Under the pieces are notes generated by a model. That model saw nothing but the letters and a program-made list of their open reading frames with translations. It had not been told where the DNA came from and made no database searches. Made by a program: the position numbers and the translations under genes. A stretch of 64,000 bases of DNA from Eledone cirrhosa (Eukaryota), in contig OZ024756.1 in the NCBI GenBank assembly GCA_964016885.1, forward strand, positions 11,284,001 to 11,348,000, read 5' to 3'. Of this stretch, positions 1-12,208 are shown in pieces (positions within the stretch are counted from its first letter, which is position 1; each line of letters starts with the position of its first letter).

Positions 1-672
1 CACTGTAAATTGGTCATGTAGGGGACACAGTAAAAAGCTCCCAGTACACACTGTCAACTGGTCGTGTAGGGGACATGGTAAAAAGCTCCCAGTCCACACT
101 GTCAATTGGTCATGTAGGGGACACAGTAAAAAGCTCCCAGTCCACACTGTCAATTGGTCATGTAGGGGACACAGTAAAAATCTCCCAGTCCACACTGTAA
201 ATTGATCATGTAAGACTGGCATGTCAAACATGTGGCCCTTTACAAGTACATCTGCGGCCCACACAAAGGTTTTTACAGCGTGAGCATGTTTTATCTTCGT
301 AATATAAAATATTTTTTAAATGGTTGTAATGTGCACAATTAGTTGTCATGTGTGGCCCTCAGATAACACATATGTGACCCATGTGACCCTCAGACAACAC
401 ATGAGACCCATGTGGCCCTCAGACAACACATATGTGACCCATGTGGACCCTGGGAGACCCTCAGTTTGACATGTCTGGTGTAGAAGACACGGTAAAAAGG
501 CTCCCAGTCCACACTGTAAATGTGGTTGGTGATAGGAAGGGCATCCAACCATAAAAAACCTGCCAGATACAGTCCTATACGAGCAAGACACGGTCACCCG
601 ATCAATCTTTCCACAAGTGGAACCCATGCTGACCCATGCTAGCGTGGAAGCTAGACGTTAAATGATGATGAC
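1..672 (+). mobile_element. RTE-LINE 3' UTR/tail fragment with tandem 48-bp units, interrupted by a MITE
   Basis: Four to five 48-bp units (CACTGTAAATTGGTCATGTAGGGGACAC...), the GGAAGGGCATCC motif and a CCCATGCTAGCGTGGAAG...(GAT)n tail match the RTE 3' ends at 27390-27713 and 30850-31125. Confidence 0.75.
216..477. mobile_element. hAT-like MITE
   Basis: Imperfect TIRs CTGGCATGTCAAAC / GTTTGACATGTCTG; degenerate 8-bp flanks ATGTAAGA / GTGTAGAA; internal ~30-bp tandem repeats. Confidence 0.55.
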
Positions 673-685
673 ATATATATATCCG

Positions 686-902
686 ACACTGTAAAATGGT
701 TGTACAGGTGTCACAACAAAAAACACCCACTACCCACTGTAAATGCGGTTGACATTAGGAAGGGCATCCAGTCATAGAAACTTAGCCAGAAACAGTTGAG
801 TGTGAGCAAGACATGGTCACCACATCTGACTTGTGTCACAAACGAACAACTCATCTAACCCATGCTAGTGTGGAATAATGGACATTAAATCATGATGATG
901 AT
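686..902 (+). mobile_element. RTE/SINE 3' tail fragment
   Basis: AGGAAGGGCATCCAG motif and AACCCATGCTAG...(GAT)n tail, bounded by (TA)n. Confidence 0.65.
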
Positions 903-1192
903 ATATATAAGAGAGATTAGAGGTATCCATTTTGTGTAGTGGATGTGCGTAACAAACAGAAAGATGCAACTTACCAGTTAGACATTTCTTTGAACTTCAA
1001 TAAATATTGCCTAGTTTTTCCTGATAGCCTGTTTATATTGTATATATATCGATGGAGAATTGACAAGATGCCAGACCTCATTTGCTTAACGAGTGAGGTG
1101 GAGCTCATCAAATCGGAACAAGGAAACAGTGTTTCCATTGGTCTTTCCAATTGCTAATACTATCTATCGGTCGCAACTCCAGGCAGAAGGAA

Positions 1193-1512
1193 CAACGTGA
1201 AATAAAGTGTCTTGCTCAAAGAAATAACTGTTTCTACTTTAGGCACAAGGCCAGCAATTACCCAGTGTATTACTGGTACTTTATTTTATCGACCCCGTAA
1301 GGATGAAAGGCAAAGTCAACCTCGGCGGGATTTGAACTCAGATCGTAAAGGGACGTAACTATGCTGGAAAGCATGGTGTCTGACCCTCTACCGATACTGC
1401 CAATCCACCGCCCTACTCAAAGAAATAACACAGCCTGGTCTGAGAATCAAAATCACAACCACACAATTATGAATCCAATTCTCTAACTAAAGAACCACGC
1501 GCCTTCACTACA
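1193..1512 (-). mobile_element. tRNA-derived CORE-like SINE, split by a second SINE
   Basis: Reverse complement resembles the head and CTTGAGCAAGACACTTTATTTCAC core of 47853-48178. Confidence 0.65.
1229..1415 (-). mobile_element. tRNA-derived SINE with Meta-like central domain
   Basis: Minus strand has B box GAGTTCAAATCC followed by GACTTTGCCTTTCATCCTTACGGGGTCGATAAAATAAAGTACCAG; 14-bp TSD CTCAAAGAAATAAC at 1215-1228 and 1416-1429. Confidence 0.85.
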
Positions 1513-1992
1513 TATATATATTTTTTTTTTTTTTTTTTTTTTTACTGTTTTGTTACTGTTTTTTCTTTTCTTCCTTTTGCTTTCCTTCCCTGCTTCCTCT
1601 GTTTTCCCAATAACTTATCCCGTTATTGACGCCCTGGACCAAGATATATTGTCTTTAAAGCATAGAAATATCCGAGACCCCCAGTAGACAACTGATGAGG
1701 AACTCCCTCCCCCGTTCTTGCTTTCTTCGTATTCCCACTGCATTTTAAGTTACCTTAAATAGCAACTACACAGCCATTTCTATTCTTTATATATATATAT
1801 ATATATACACCCCCCCCCCCACTCTCAAAAGTGTGAACCTAATAAACTATTATTTGTACTGCCTCTCTGTTTTTGTTCCCGCCCAAGTTTTAACTATATC
1901 TATATATATATATATAATAGAAGTAGTAACACAACAGTTAGTTCACCATACCAAGAACAATTGTTTCACCTTATGTGGATCTTCAGCTAAGA

Positions 1993-2433
<441 letters not shown>

Positions 2434-3069
2434 ATATAATACAAATGGAAGTACAGCATAGTCGAAGCTCGAGCCGAAGCTAAGCCAACTAATGCAATCA
2501 GAAAGAGCAGCCAAGCACTCGATAAGGTATAAAACCTTAGAGTAATAACATACAGTTTAAAGGGCTTTGCAAATTGAAGATCGCGACCGGTAATTCAGCC
2601 GCGGGGACCGTAGCAACGAAAGAACTGACTCGCGAGAAAAAATACATATATATATATATATATAAAATAGAAAAATACCAGGAAGGATTGCTCAAGGTCA
2701 CCCATAGGAGTTATGGACCTGACTCCAGTATCAATCTGCTCCTCAGACTGGCGATGTGACAAAAAAATACATTTTTGTTGTATTGAGAAGGTATACACAT
2801 AATGTGTGGGCACATGTGTGTATTGTGGTGTAATTGGTGGGGCAGCTCTGCAGGTGTGTATTCACAGATATTCAGGTACGTGTTTGCGTATGCATGCGAG
2901 CATGTAAAGGTACAAGTGTGTATGTAGGTGGGCGTATGGGCGCGTATTGGAATGTGTTTGGACATTCGGTTTTCATGCCAACCCTTGCCTATGGTCAAGA
3001 GTCTTAAGTAATGACCGGAAGAATACAATCGTGAATGCAAGCAACCGAAATGGTCTTTGGTCAGCCAAA

Positions 3070-3410
3070 ATGGTCTTTGGAGTAACGTTACTCGATGAAG
3101 GGCGTAACTCAGAGATCAGAGAGTGACTCCAGATAGAGCCGCTACTTCTCCGAATTGGGAGGTCACAACTTTGATATTACGAGCATGTGGTTAGAATGTC
3201 TCAGGAAAGAATCGCTGGACAGATTTTACAGGCAAAACCAAACTGCAAGAGACCCTGGGGTAGACCCCAATCAAAATTAGTGGATAACATCCCTGAGCTT
3301 GGCTGAACAGGCTTTAGGATCCAGCCGGATCAGTTACAGATGGTTTCTTCTGACAGGATCTGCTGGAAGGAGTGTTTCAGGACTCTGACCCCACGACCCT
3401 CTCAGGGAGG
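3070..3410 (+). mobile_element. Degenerate RTE (Rex3/Expander-like) ORF C-terminal fragment
   Basis: Translates with stops as EPLLLRIGRSQL*YYEHVVRMSQERI...KRPWGRP...DRICWKECFRTLTPRP. Confidence 0.65.
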
Positions 3411-3451
3411 AGAAGGAGGAGGAGGAGGAGAAGAAGTAGAAGAAGAATCAT

Positions 3452-3868
3452 CGGACAAGAAACTGGAACACAATAGACCTGACCTGGTGGTTGTGGACAA
3501 AGAAAATAGATCGTGCCTGATTGTGAATGTGGCCTGCCCATTCGACACGAGAGTGCAAGAGAAGGAGAAGGAGAAAATTAACCGATACCAGGACTTAAAT
3601 AGGGAGGTAAAAAGGATTTGGAACTACCATGAAGTCAAAGTGGTCCTGATTGTCATAGGCGCACTAGGGACTATCTCAAAAAGTTTCCAGGGATGGTTAA
3701 AGAAAATTGGCCCCTTCACACTTTTTGGAACGCTTCAAAAGTCATGCTTGCTGGGAACAGCAAGAACCCTCCGATACGTCCTGAATATCTGAGGCTGCAG
3801 GTAGTGGCTTGATATTCATTTCAACAAACTTTCCAGTTAACTAACATCAATGACTGAGACTCAAAAAA

Positions 3869-3902
<34 letters not shown>
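3452..3902 (+). mobile_element. R4/Dong-like non-LTR retrotransposon 3' fragment (restriction-like endonuclease)
   Basis: NRPDLVVVD...IVNVACP...EKEKEKINRYQDL...VIGALG motif (PD-(D/E)xK RLE); stop at 3792, short UTR, (TAA)n tail. Confidence 0.8.
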
Positions 3903-3904
<2 letters not shown>

Positions 3905-4060
3905 TCACTTCAGTTTAAAATAAAAAATGATCCCCCAAAAATGTCGGAAGAAATTTAATATATATCACTTTACTATTTTAGTCAAAAGCACTCATGTGTT
4001 TCTGATAGTTTCTATATTGTTATATTGTCTGGTATGAACCCTTCCAATGGATCATTTTCA

Positions 4061-4190
4061 TAATTTGTTATGTAACCCGATGTTATGTAATTTGTTATGT
4101 AACCCGATGTTATGTAATTTGTTATGTAACCCGATGTTATGTAATTTGTTATGTAACCTGATGTTATGTAATTTGTTATGTAACCTGATA
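4061..4190. repeat. 27-bp minisatellite, ~5 copies
   Basis: Unit TAATTTGTTATGTAACCCGATGTTATG. Confidence 0.9.
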
Positions 4191-4415
4191 TTACAAAGCA
4201 ATTCCACCTTCATGTATGAAATTTCATTTCCAGTAGGTGGCTGAAGAAAGGGATCAATGCCTTTGGTAGTTTATCTTATGTATCCATTGGTCCATATGTA
4301 CAAATTTGCTGATATTTATATATTTCTTTATGTATGTATGTGTATATATGTGTGTGTGTATGTATGCGTGTGAGTTATAAAATTATATATGTACATGGAT
4401 ACACATTCACACACC

Positions 4416-4448
<33 letters not shown>

Positions 4449-4453
<5 letters not shown>

Positions 4454-4620
4454 TGAGATTCTACAGGACTAGAACTGTTTCATTCTTCATTCATCATGAT
4501 TTCTAAAGAATGAAACAGTTCTAGTCCTGTAGAATCTCATCTATATTAAAACTTTTATACTCTGCAATGTATTGAGTACCTTACTTACTGTGGTTACCTC
4601 CGATTCAACCCGGAATAACG
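4449..4620. mobile_element. Short PLE-like terminal-repeat fragment with ~39-bp inverted duplication
   Basis: Arms 4449-4487 and 4506-4546 are reverse complements; GTATTGAGTAC motif; related copy at 20590-20640; bounded by (TA)n. Confidence 0.5.
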
Positions 4621-4642
4621 TATATATATATATATATATATT

Positions 4643-5130
4643 TAGGTTTGAAGGTTCACCACTGGATAGAGCTGGTCAATTCCGTATGGTCAATCGTAAT
4701 GTAATAATATAGAGAGTACTCAACGTAAAGCAGTTCAACCGTCTTCATTTGTGTAGTTGGTGGTGCTAGTACGGAGTTAAATATTATAATAAAATAACTG
4801 GAGGCTGGACTTGTGTAAATCCTTGAAAGGTTTATTATACTATGATCATTTCAATGACCGGGTTCCGTATGAATCCGGTGATATCATCAGGTATTCGAAA
4901 TATAATAAATGAATGTAACAGATAAAATCCATGGGGCTGAAAATCATAGACCCGAGGACGACCGACCATCTAGCATCTTCCACTTTAGCCGGTCGCCCGA
5001 AATATTATTATATTTCGAATACCTGGTGATATCACCGGATTCATACGGAACCCGGTCATTGAAATGATCATAGTATAATAAACCTTTCAAGGATTTACAC
5101 CAGTCCAGCCTCCTGTTATTTTATTATAAT

Positions 5131-5131
<1 letters not shown>
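4643..5131. mobile_element. Short PLE-like element with ~125-bp inverted arms carrying hammerhead motifs
   Basis: ~4782-4908 is the reverse complement of ~5003-5131; flanked by (TA)n. Confidence 0.65.
4837..4894 (-). ncRNA. Minimal type I hammerhead ribozyme
   Basis: Minus strand: ATAC-CTGATGA-T-ATCACCGG..CCGGTCAT-T-GAAA-TGATCA-TA-GTAT; stem I ATAC/GTAT; palindromic stem III. The plus-strand copy at 5019-5076 has CTGGTGA (core mutated). Confidence 0.65.
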
Positions 5132-5162
<31 letters not shown>

Positions 5163-5289
5163 TATCCACATTCACATATACATTTATATGTGAGAGAAAA
5201 AGATAAACTGAGATTAAAATTCCCTTTTTGTCTATCCCTGTCTGTTTATCTATCTATCTATCTGTTGGTCTGTCTATCTATCTATTTAC

Positions 5290-5317
<28 letters not shown>

Positions 5318-5321
<4 letters not shown>

Positions 5322-6272
5322 GACGCCTGGCACCTCAAGTGCCTTTAAGCACTCACAGCCAAGTGGAAACGGCAATCAGCAGAGGCTCCTTGTCGACATT
5401 CTATAGGGGATTAGTGGAGGATAAGTGTGACAACGTCCTCAGGGAAACTCTAGGCATCAAAGAGGATGAGCTGACCAGTCTGTTCAGGAGGAATTTCCAC
5501 CCTGGGCCTATGGATAACTTCCAGTGGTCGCTGGCCTGGTAGTGCTATCAAGGAGCTCTACCAGTTCGAGACAAAATCTACCAGCATGGACGCCCTGGCA
5601 GAGATCCTGCCAAAAGGAGCTGTCCAAGATGCGAGCAGGACATTGAAACCGTTCTGTATGCAATTGTTCAGAGCCCAGAGGTGACCGACCTGTGGAATTA
5701 TGTCAAACAGCTACTGTCACGTGTAGGACGCATCCAGTTGTCAGCCGAGTCCATCGTGAGGATCACCCCGCCACCTTCATTTAAGAATGAAGGAGAGACG
5801 GTTTTTCTGTTTGGTGGCTATAGAGAAAGAGGTAATACGGTGGACTGAGGGCAAACACCTTCCTCTCCGGACAACAACTCATCCCCTTCTTTAAGTACCA
5901 CTTCAGAAGGAAGGTGGGAGTGGAGAGAGAGGTGCTACACCCCAGTAAATTCGCTGAAAGGTGGGTGAATGTGGCGAAAATGGCCCGAGGGAATGGGCCT
6001 TCTCTGTATGTAGACCTGTAGGTTGAGGAAGACAAACAGAGGGAAGACGGGAACACCTTCAAAACGTGTTCCTGGTGTTGAGGGTTGTTCTATCCACGGG
6101 GTGTAAAACAAACCCTACAGTGATTATTTTATTTTATATATAGTTTATTGTTATTCATTATTATTAAAGATTTTATGTAAAATCCCCGCCGTCATGTCAT
6201 GTAATGTTCCATTTTTTATGCCCCTGTGGCAAATAAAGAAAGATATCTATCTATCTATCTATCTATCTATCT
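5318..6272 (+). mobile_element. Tx1/L1-clade LINE 3' fragment (diverged subfamily) with (TATC)n tail
   Basis: Homologous to ~11040-12000 (STFYRGLV...GPMDNFQ.SLAW, CPRC finger); ends GTGGCAAATAAAG + (TATC)n. Confidence 0.85.
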
Positions 6273-6476
6273 TGATAGAGTAAGACATGCTTCACATCGG
6301 CTCCGCTATTCCATCGGGATTTACCCTTACTATAGTAAGTACCAGATAAATTTTTCAGTGCAACACATTTGGAACACTAACCCCTGTTATTTAGGGAAAC
6401 ATTTTTGCATTTACCCCCTTTTTAGGGGGTAAAATAAATATCTATTTTTTTGCCGAAAAATTTCTTTCTTGGCAGC

Positions 6477-8326
6477 ATGGCGGAAAAGATGGCAGACATG
6501 TCTGCCATTAGCTCTGCCACGCCCCCCAAGTCTGAAGAACAAAAAATAATTACAACAAAATTAGACAACGAAACAAACAAGGAAAATGAAAAAACAAATG
6601 TTAAGGAAAATGAGCAAACGGAAAACAAACAAACAGAAAATAATACAAATAACAACAGGGCAACTTTCGCCCAGAAAACAAAACAGTCCATAACATACAC
6701 ACCAATTGACTTAACTGCCGCCAGAGAAAAACTGGCCGAAGCGAAAAAACAAATAGTCTTGGGGGAGAACGGAATGTTTTCCATTAACTCCCCCCCCCCC
6801 CCCCCCAGAATTCAAGAAAGCGAGAACAGAGAGCACAGTTCTCTTCAGAACTATATTGAACCAAACAAGAAAGCCAGCACAGCCCAGCCAAATGGAAATA
6901 GAGTTGGTCCTAAAAGACTATATGAAGAATATTCTCTTCATACGAAAGGACCGACTCTATGGCAGCATTTCGGTCTTAACAAAAGACAAGGAAACGGCAC
7001 AGAAGCTTTCCCTAAGCCCACTCTCATCGACAACATACAGCTTCTATCCCTCCTACATGGGTAGAAGAACACAGAGAGTAAAAGTAAAAACAATGCTGCC
7101 CACAATGGACTTCTGGTGGGCTATTGCTGGCTTCATAGACATGGGCGAAGACACAATGCTGTCAATGGGGAAGGCAACTGGAGATGCGTTCCTGGGAATG
7201 GGCCTCGACATACTAGTCCAAATGAGGCCCGAAAGAATAGCACAAATCCCGGATCGCATCTGGCTGGATGACCTCACCCCAATAGATATAATTGTAGAGG
7301 GGAGAAGACCAGCATACTATTTATGCACGGAAAGGGGACACGTTAAGGCTAACTGCCCGAAACGTATCCCCCAAAAAGGACTATTGCCCACACCCACCAC
7401 AAACAGTAAACCAACACCACCCACCTCCAAAAATACACTAATACCACACACAGCAAACAAAATACAGACACCACCAACCACAAACACAACACAAACATCA
7501 CCACCACCAGCACCAAACACAAGCACGACACAAAAATCACCACCACCAACCACAACACAAACATCACCACCACCATCACCAACCACAAGCACGACACAAA
7601 CATTACCACCACCACCACAAAACCTATTCCAAACAAATAATAAAAAAAACAGTAACAAATCTACCCCTCCCGCAAAAAAAAAACAACCACACAACACGTC
7701 CCTCCCACCTAGCGCTGAAGAGTTTCCCCCAACTTCTGAAGAAGAAGGAGGAGAAGCCTTCAGACAAGTTAAAAGAAAAAAAAGAAAACACACACCCAGC
7801 ACACCACAAATAACCCACACACAAACACCAACTCCAATCAAAAACACCCCACCCTCAACAAACAAAAGTAAATCTGCGCCTCCCCTCTCCGAAACATTGA
7901 CAGCATCACAAAAAAAGACGTTGCAATACACATATATAAATAAAGAAAACAAAAAACTGGTTAAATTAATAAACAATAACCCTATGGTGCAGACCGAAGG
8001 GCCAAACTTTATCTCAACAGAGAACTTCACCCATTTAAAAATGATAAAGGTCCCTCTGGACCTTTATCGTTCCTTAAAAGAACAATTTAGACGGGACGTG
8101 AGCCCCCCCCCCCCCCTGTTTAAAACCGTTGAATCGCGTCCTCTTGAAAGATTTCCCCATAACCGCCCCTCTCCCTGACACAACTCCAAATACCCCAACC
8201 CCACCACGCACGTGTACCCCCACACCACCACAAAACATCCCTCCACCCAACACACCTGATGCCATGGAAATTACGCAACCCGGAGAGGTAAGTGCTTTTC
8301 TTTCTTCACTTTCAACACCAAAATAG
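6477..8326 (+). pseudogene. Tx1 ORF1 (gag-like, zinc knuckle, Pro/Thr-rich), frameshifted at poly-C runs
   Basis: ORFs 6450-7064, 6856-8178 and 8129-8326 join at poly-C tracts (~6790, ~8105); knuckle YYLCTERGHVKANC (CYLC in copy 2); the true stop (8178 or 8326) is ambiguous. Confidence 0.75.
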
Positions 8327-8331
8327 ATCAA

Positions 8332-11300
8332 TTGAGAGTTGGCTGTTTGAACGCGCGTGGCCTGGGCTCAGCTTGGAAGCAAGCAAAGCTTCTAAGTGAC
8401 CTCAGGTCACAAAGTATAGATGTGATGGTTGTTTGCGAGAGTCGGATCAGCAGCGTGAGACAGCTGGCGCCCGCCTTCGATGACTTTGAGATGCACGCAT
8501 CTCTCTGTCAACCCGGAGGCGGGGGGGGGGGAGTTGCCGTACTGCTGGATAAACGTCTGACTCTCGACGTACAGATTGTTCACTCGGACCCGGGGGGTCG
8601 ATTACTGGTGCTGGACGTCGGAGGCGGTGAAGGCGGGGCTTTCAGACTGGTCGGTCTTTATGCTCCCTTCGGGGCGGAAAGAGCCGACTTCTTCCAGCGT
8701 CTGGAGACTTTTCTAGGAACGTCGCGTTCCCTGCTTTTAGTGGGGGACTGGAATGGAATCCTAGATGCGCGTTGGGACTATGCAGGGGCATGTCCCGATA
8801 GAGGGGGGTGTAGCAGCCTCAAGGGGTTACTCGATCGATTCGACCTGGTCGATAGATTTCGACTAGATTGTCCAACTGCGCCAACCTGGACCTGGGCAAA
8901 CCGCAGTGGACAATCTAGATCGTACCTAGATAGGTTTTTGGTTAGGAGTAAGGATAGGGACGTATTTAGTTGTCCAGAACTGATCATGGTTGGCTATTCA
9001 GATCACAAATTAGTGACCTGCGTGGTCAACCTTGATAGAACGCATAGACAGGGTCCCGGTTACTGGAAGATGAACTTGTCCTTACCGACAAAGAAAGATT
9101 ACAGAAACCGGATTAGTAGCTTAGTTAAGATGCGGTTGACGGGAGCGATCGTCAACAGTAGGTGGTGGATATCTCTAAAGAGAGAGATTAGAGTAAGTTC
9201 GATAGGTTACAGTAAGGAACTAGCGGCGAATAGAAATAGGAGGGAAAGGGAGTTAACAGATAAACTAGAAGAGGCGATTAGGAGCGGAGACGTAGCCAGA
9301 GTGTTAGCGACGAGAACGGCATTGAGCCAGTTCTTTGACGCGAAGCACGAAGGCTGCGTTGTCCGAAGTAAAATACGTGCTTTAGGAAACGAGGGGACCA
9401 AAGCTGTTAGCTGGGCCCGCGTGACAGAAGCCAAGAGTGGGATTAAATCCACCATTCGGTCTTTGCGAGACCAGGATGGACGGGTGATCCTTGAACCTGA
9501 GCGAATGTGCGAGACCTTTCAAAGGCACTTTGCTCGACTGTTCGGAGGTGGCGGGGGGCCGGACGGGGATGTGGACTTCGGTCCATACCTCGACGGTCTA
9601 CCGCGTCTTTCGAGCGGCGAAGCGGAGTGCTGCGAAAGGCCAATCACAGCCACTGAAATCGGGGAAGCGCTCAGCCAATGCAGCAGACGCAAATCCCCGG
9701 GTCTCGATGGTCTACCATACGAACTTTATTTAGCTATGCCGGTCTTGTTCTCCGAACTCCTCGAGGCTGTCTATTGCAACTGGCAACAGAACGGGAGAAT
9801 TCCCTGTTCTGTGACCAAGGGCGTGGTCACGCTAGTGAGGAAGGACGAGAGCAAGGGGGACGACTTAAGTAACTTTAGGCCCATAACTCTGCTGAATGCA
9901 GAGTTACAGATTTTGGCCAAGGTGTTGGCGAAGAGGTTGGCGCTTGTGGTGGGTGGTTTGGTGGGAGACGCGCAGACATGCGCTATCCCGTCCAGGTCCA
10001 TTCACGACAACCTCCACCTCATGCGATACATAATAGAGAGGGTTGGCTACGAACCCGGCTTTGGTGGGGCCCTGATCAACTTGGATCAATCTAAGGCGTT
10101 CGATAGGGTCGACCATGGTTACCTGGATGCGGTGCTAGCGGCGGCGGGCTTCGGACCCGTTTTCAGGGGCTGGATTTCTGCCATGCACAGTGGCAACATC
10201 TACTCTAGGATTAAAGTAAACGGCTACCTCTCGGAGCCGTTTCAAATCACCCGATCCATCAGACAGGGGTGCCCCCTCTCCTCCCTTCTGTACGTATTGA
10301 CTCTCGAGCCACTGCTGCGGAAGTTGGAGTTGCTGCGGGGCATACCCCTGGAACCGGGATTGCACAAAGCGGTCTCGGCCTATGCCGACGACGTAACAGT
10401 AATGGTGGCGGACGCCTCGGAAATCGGGGCGATCGCCACCCTACTGGAGGAATACGAAAGGCTGACGGGGGCTAAGCTGAACCAGGACAAGTCAGTCGGT
10501 TTGCAACTCGGAACGTGGAGGGGCAAACCGATGCCGTTAGACGGTGTCGTCGGGCGGTGGACGGAGGGTCCGGTGAAGCTGCTCGGGGTCTGGTTCGGAC
10601 CGGACCTCCAGGTGGAGAAGAATTGGGGCGAGGTGACGAGCAGGGTGTTTGCGCTGACCCAGAAGTGGGCCAAGTGCAAACTATCACTGAAAGGTCGGGC
10701 GGAGGTGACGAACGCTTACATAGCGTCCGTCATCTACTACCGCCTGACCGTCGTGGTCTTGCCCCAAGGAAAAGCTCACCATCATGGAACGCATGCTCTT
10801 CCAGTTCCTCTGGAAGAAGCGGCCTCCCATGGTGAGGAGATCCATCTGCTGCCAGCACCCTTCGAAAGGAGGGCTGGGTATGCCGTGGCTGTTGATGCGT
10901 AGGCACGCATTGAGGCTACGGCATCTACAGGTATTCCTCAACGGTCAGCCGGTGTGGGCCCCGTTTGTGAGGCGAGCCTTCCCACAGCTCGTCTCGCTCA
11001 CCGAACTGCAATCCTGGGTGAAGCAAAGACCGAGAAAACTGGGCAACTGGCACACCGAGTGTGCCCAGGCGCTCACGGCTATCTGGCAAGCGGACCCGAC
11101 TGTCAGTGGAGAATCCACCTCGACATTCTATAGAGGGTTGGTGGCTAGCAGGGGCGACGACACCCTTGGAGAGTCGCTAGGCATGGAGGAGGACGAACTG
11201 GCCAGCCTGTTCGGTAGAACTTTCGGCCCGGGACCCATGGACAACTTCCAGAGGTCCCTAGCCTGGCAGTGTTACCGGGGGGCTCTGCCCGTTCGAGAAA

Positions 11301-11764
11301 AGCTCTACAGACACGGGCGCCCGGGCAGGGATCCCGCGAAAAAGATCTGTCCCAGATGCGTGCGCGACGAGGAAACCGTTGCGCATGCACTGGTACACTG
11401 CCCGGGCGTTGCCGATCTGTGGGGCTACGTCGAACGACTGCTGTCGCGTGTGGCGCCGATTCGATTAACCGCCGAGTCTGTGGTGAACATCAAGCCGCCT
11501 CCTCCCTTCAGAAATGAAGCAGAGGCGGTCTTTCTGTGCGTAATAGCCATGATGAAAGAGGTTGTGTGGTGGACGCGCCTGAAAGGTCTGAGGTCGGGTG
11601 ACTTTCTCTCCGGCCATCACCTGGTTTACTTCTTCCGATACCACTTCGGAAGAAGAATCAGGATGGAGAGAGAAGTGCTTGGTCCCAGACAGTTTTATGA
11701 AAGGTGGGTGAAAGAAGCGAGAATGGCCCGTGTAAATGGGCCTTCTCTTTACATTGTTCTGTAG
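8332..11764 (+). CDS. Tx1 ORF2: AP endonuclease + reverse transcriptase + CCHC finger; one frameshift near 10755
   Basis: LNARGL, VCES, LYAP, GDWN, YLDRF, SDH; FRPITLLN, LDQSKAFD, RQGCPLS, YADD; CPRCVRDEETVAHALVHC. Confidence 0.92.
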
Positions 11765-12208
11765 GTGAAGAAGTGAAGAGGAAAGGGGGAGCGCCTCCTC
11801 TCTGGGCTTCCCCCGCGAAAAGAGTTGCACACTTTTCGGGGGTATGTGCAATCCCCAACACGCCCCCTCCCTTTTGAGGACTTTTATTGTTATATTATTA
11901 TTGTTATTCCTTTTTTCTTTACTCGATTTATGTAAACTCCCCCACTGTGTAAATGTCCCCTTCTTTTGTGCCCTCGTGGCAAATAAATAGAAATTTATCT
12001 ATCTTGATAGAGTAAGACATGCTTCACATCGGCTCCGCTATTCCATCGGGATTTACCCTTACTATAGTAAGTACCAGATAAATTTTTCAGTGCAACACAT
12101 TTGGAACACTAACCCCTGTTATTTAGGGAAACATTTTTGCATTTACCCCCTTTTTAGGGGGTAAAATAAATATCTATTTTTTTGCCGAAAAATTTCTTTC
12201 TTGGCAGC

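Larger units (their letters stand above)
6273..12004 (+). mobile_element. Full-length L1/Tx1-clade non-LTR retrotransposon, copy 1
   Basis: 5' UTR, ORF1, ORF2 (APE-RT-CCHC), 3' UTR with AATAAA and TATC tail; 5732-bp unit repeated from 12005. Confidence 0.93.

Noticed and set aside
7317-8030. Hydrophobic antisense ORFs over Tx1 ORF1
   Set aside because: Consequence of A/C strand skew; interrupted differently in the two copies
8288-8338. Intron joining Tx1 ORF1 to ORF2 (GAG|GTAAGT donor, pyrimidine tract)
   Set aside because: Nearby AGs ending at 8326, 8336 and 8338 do not place the MEITQPGE frame in frame with ORF2
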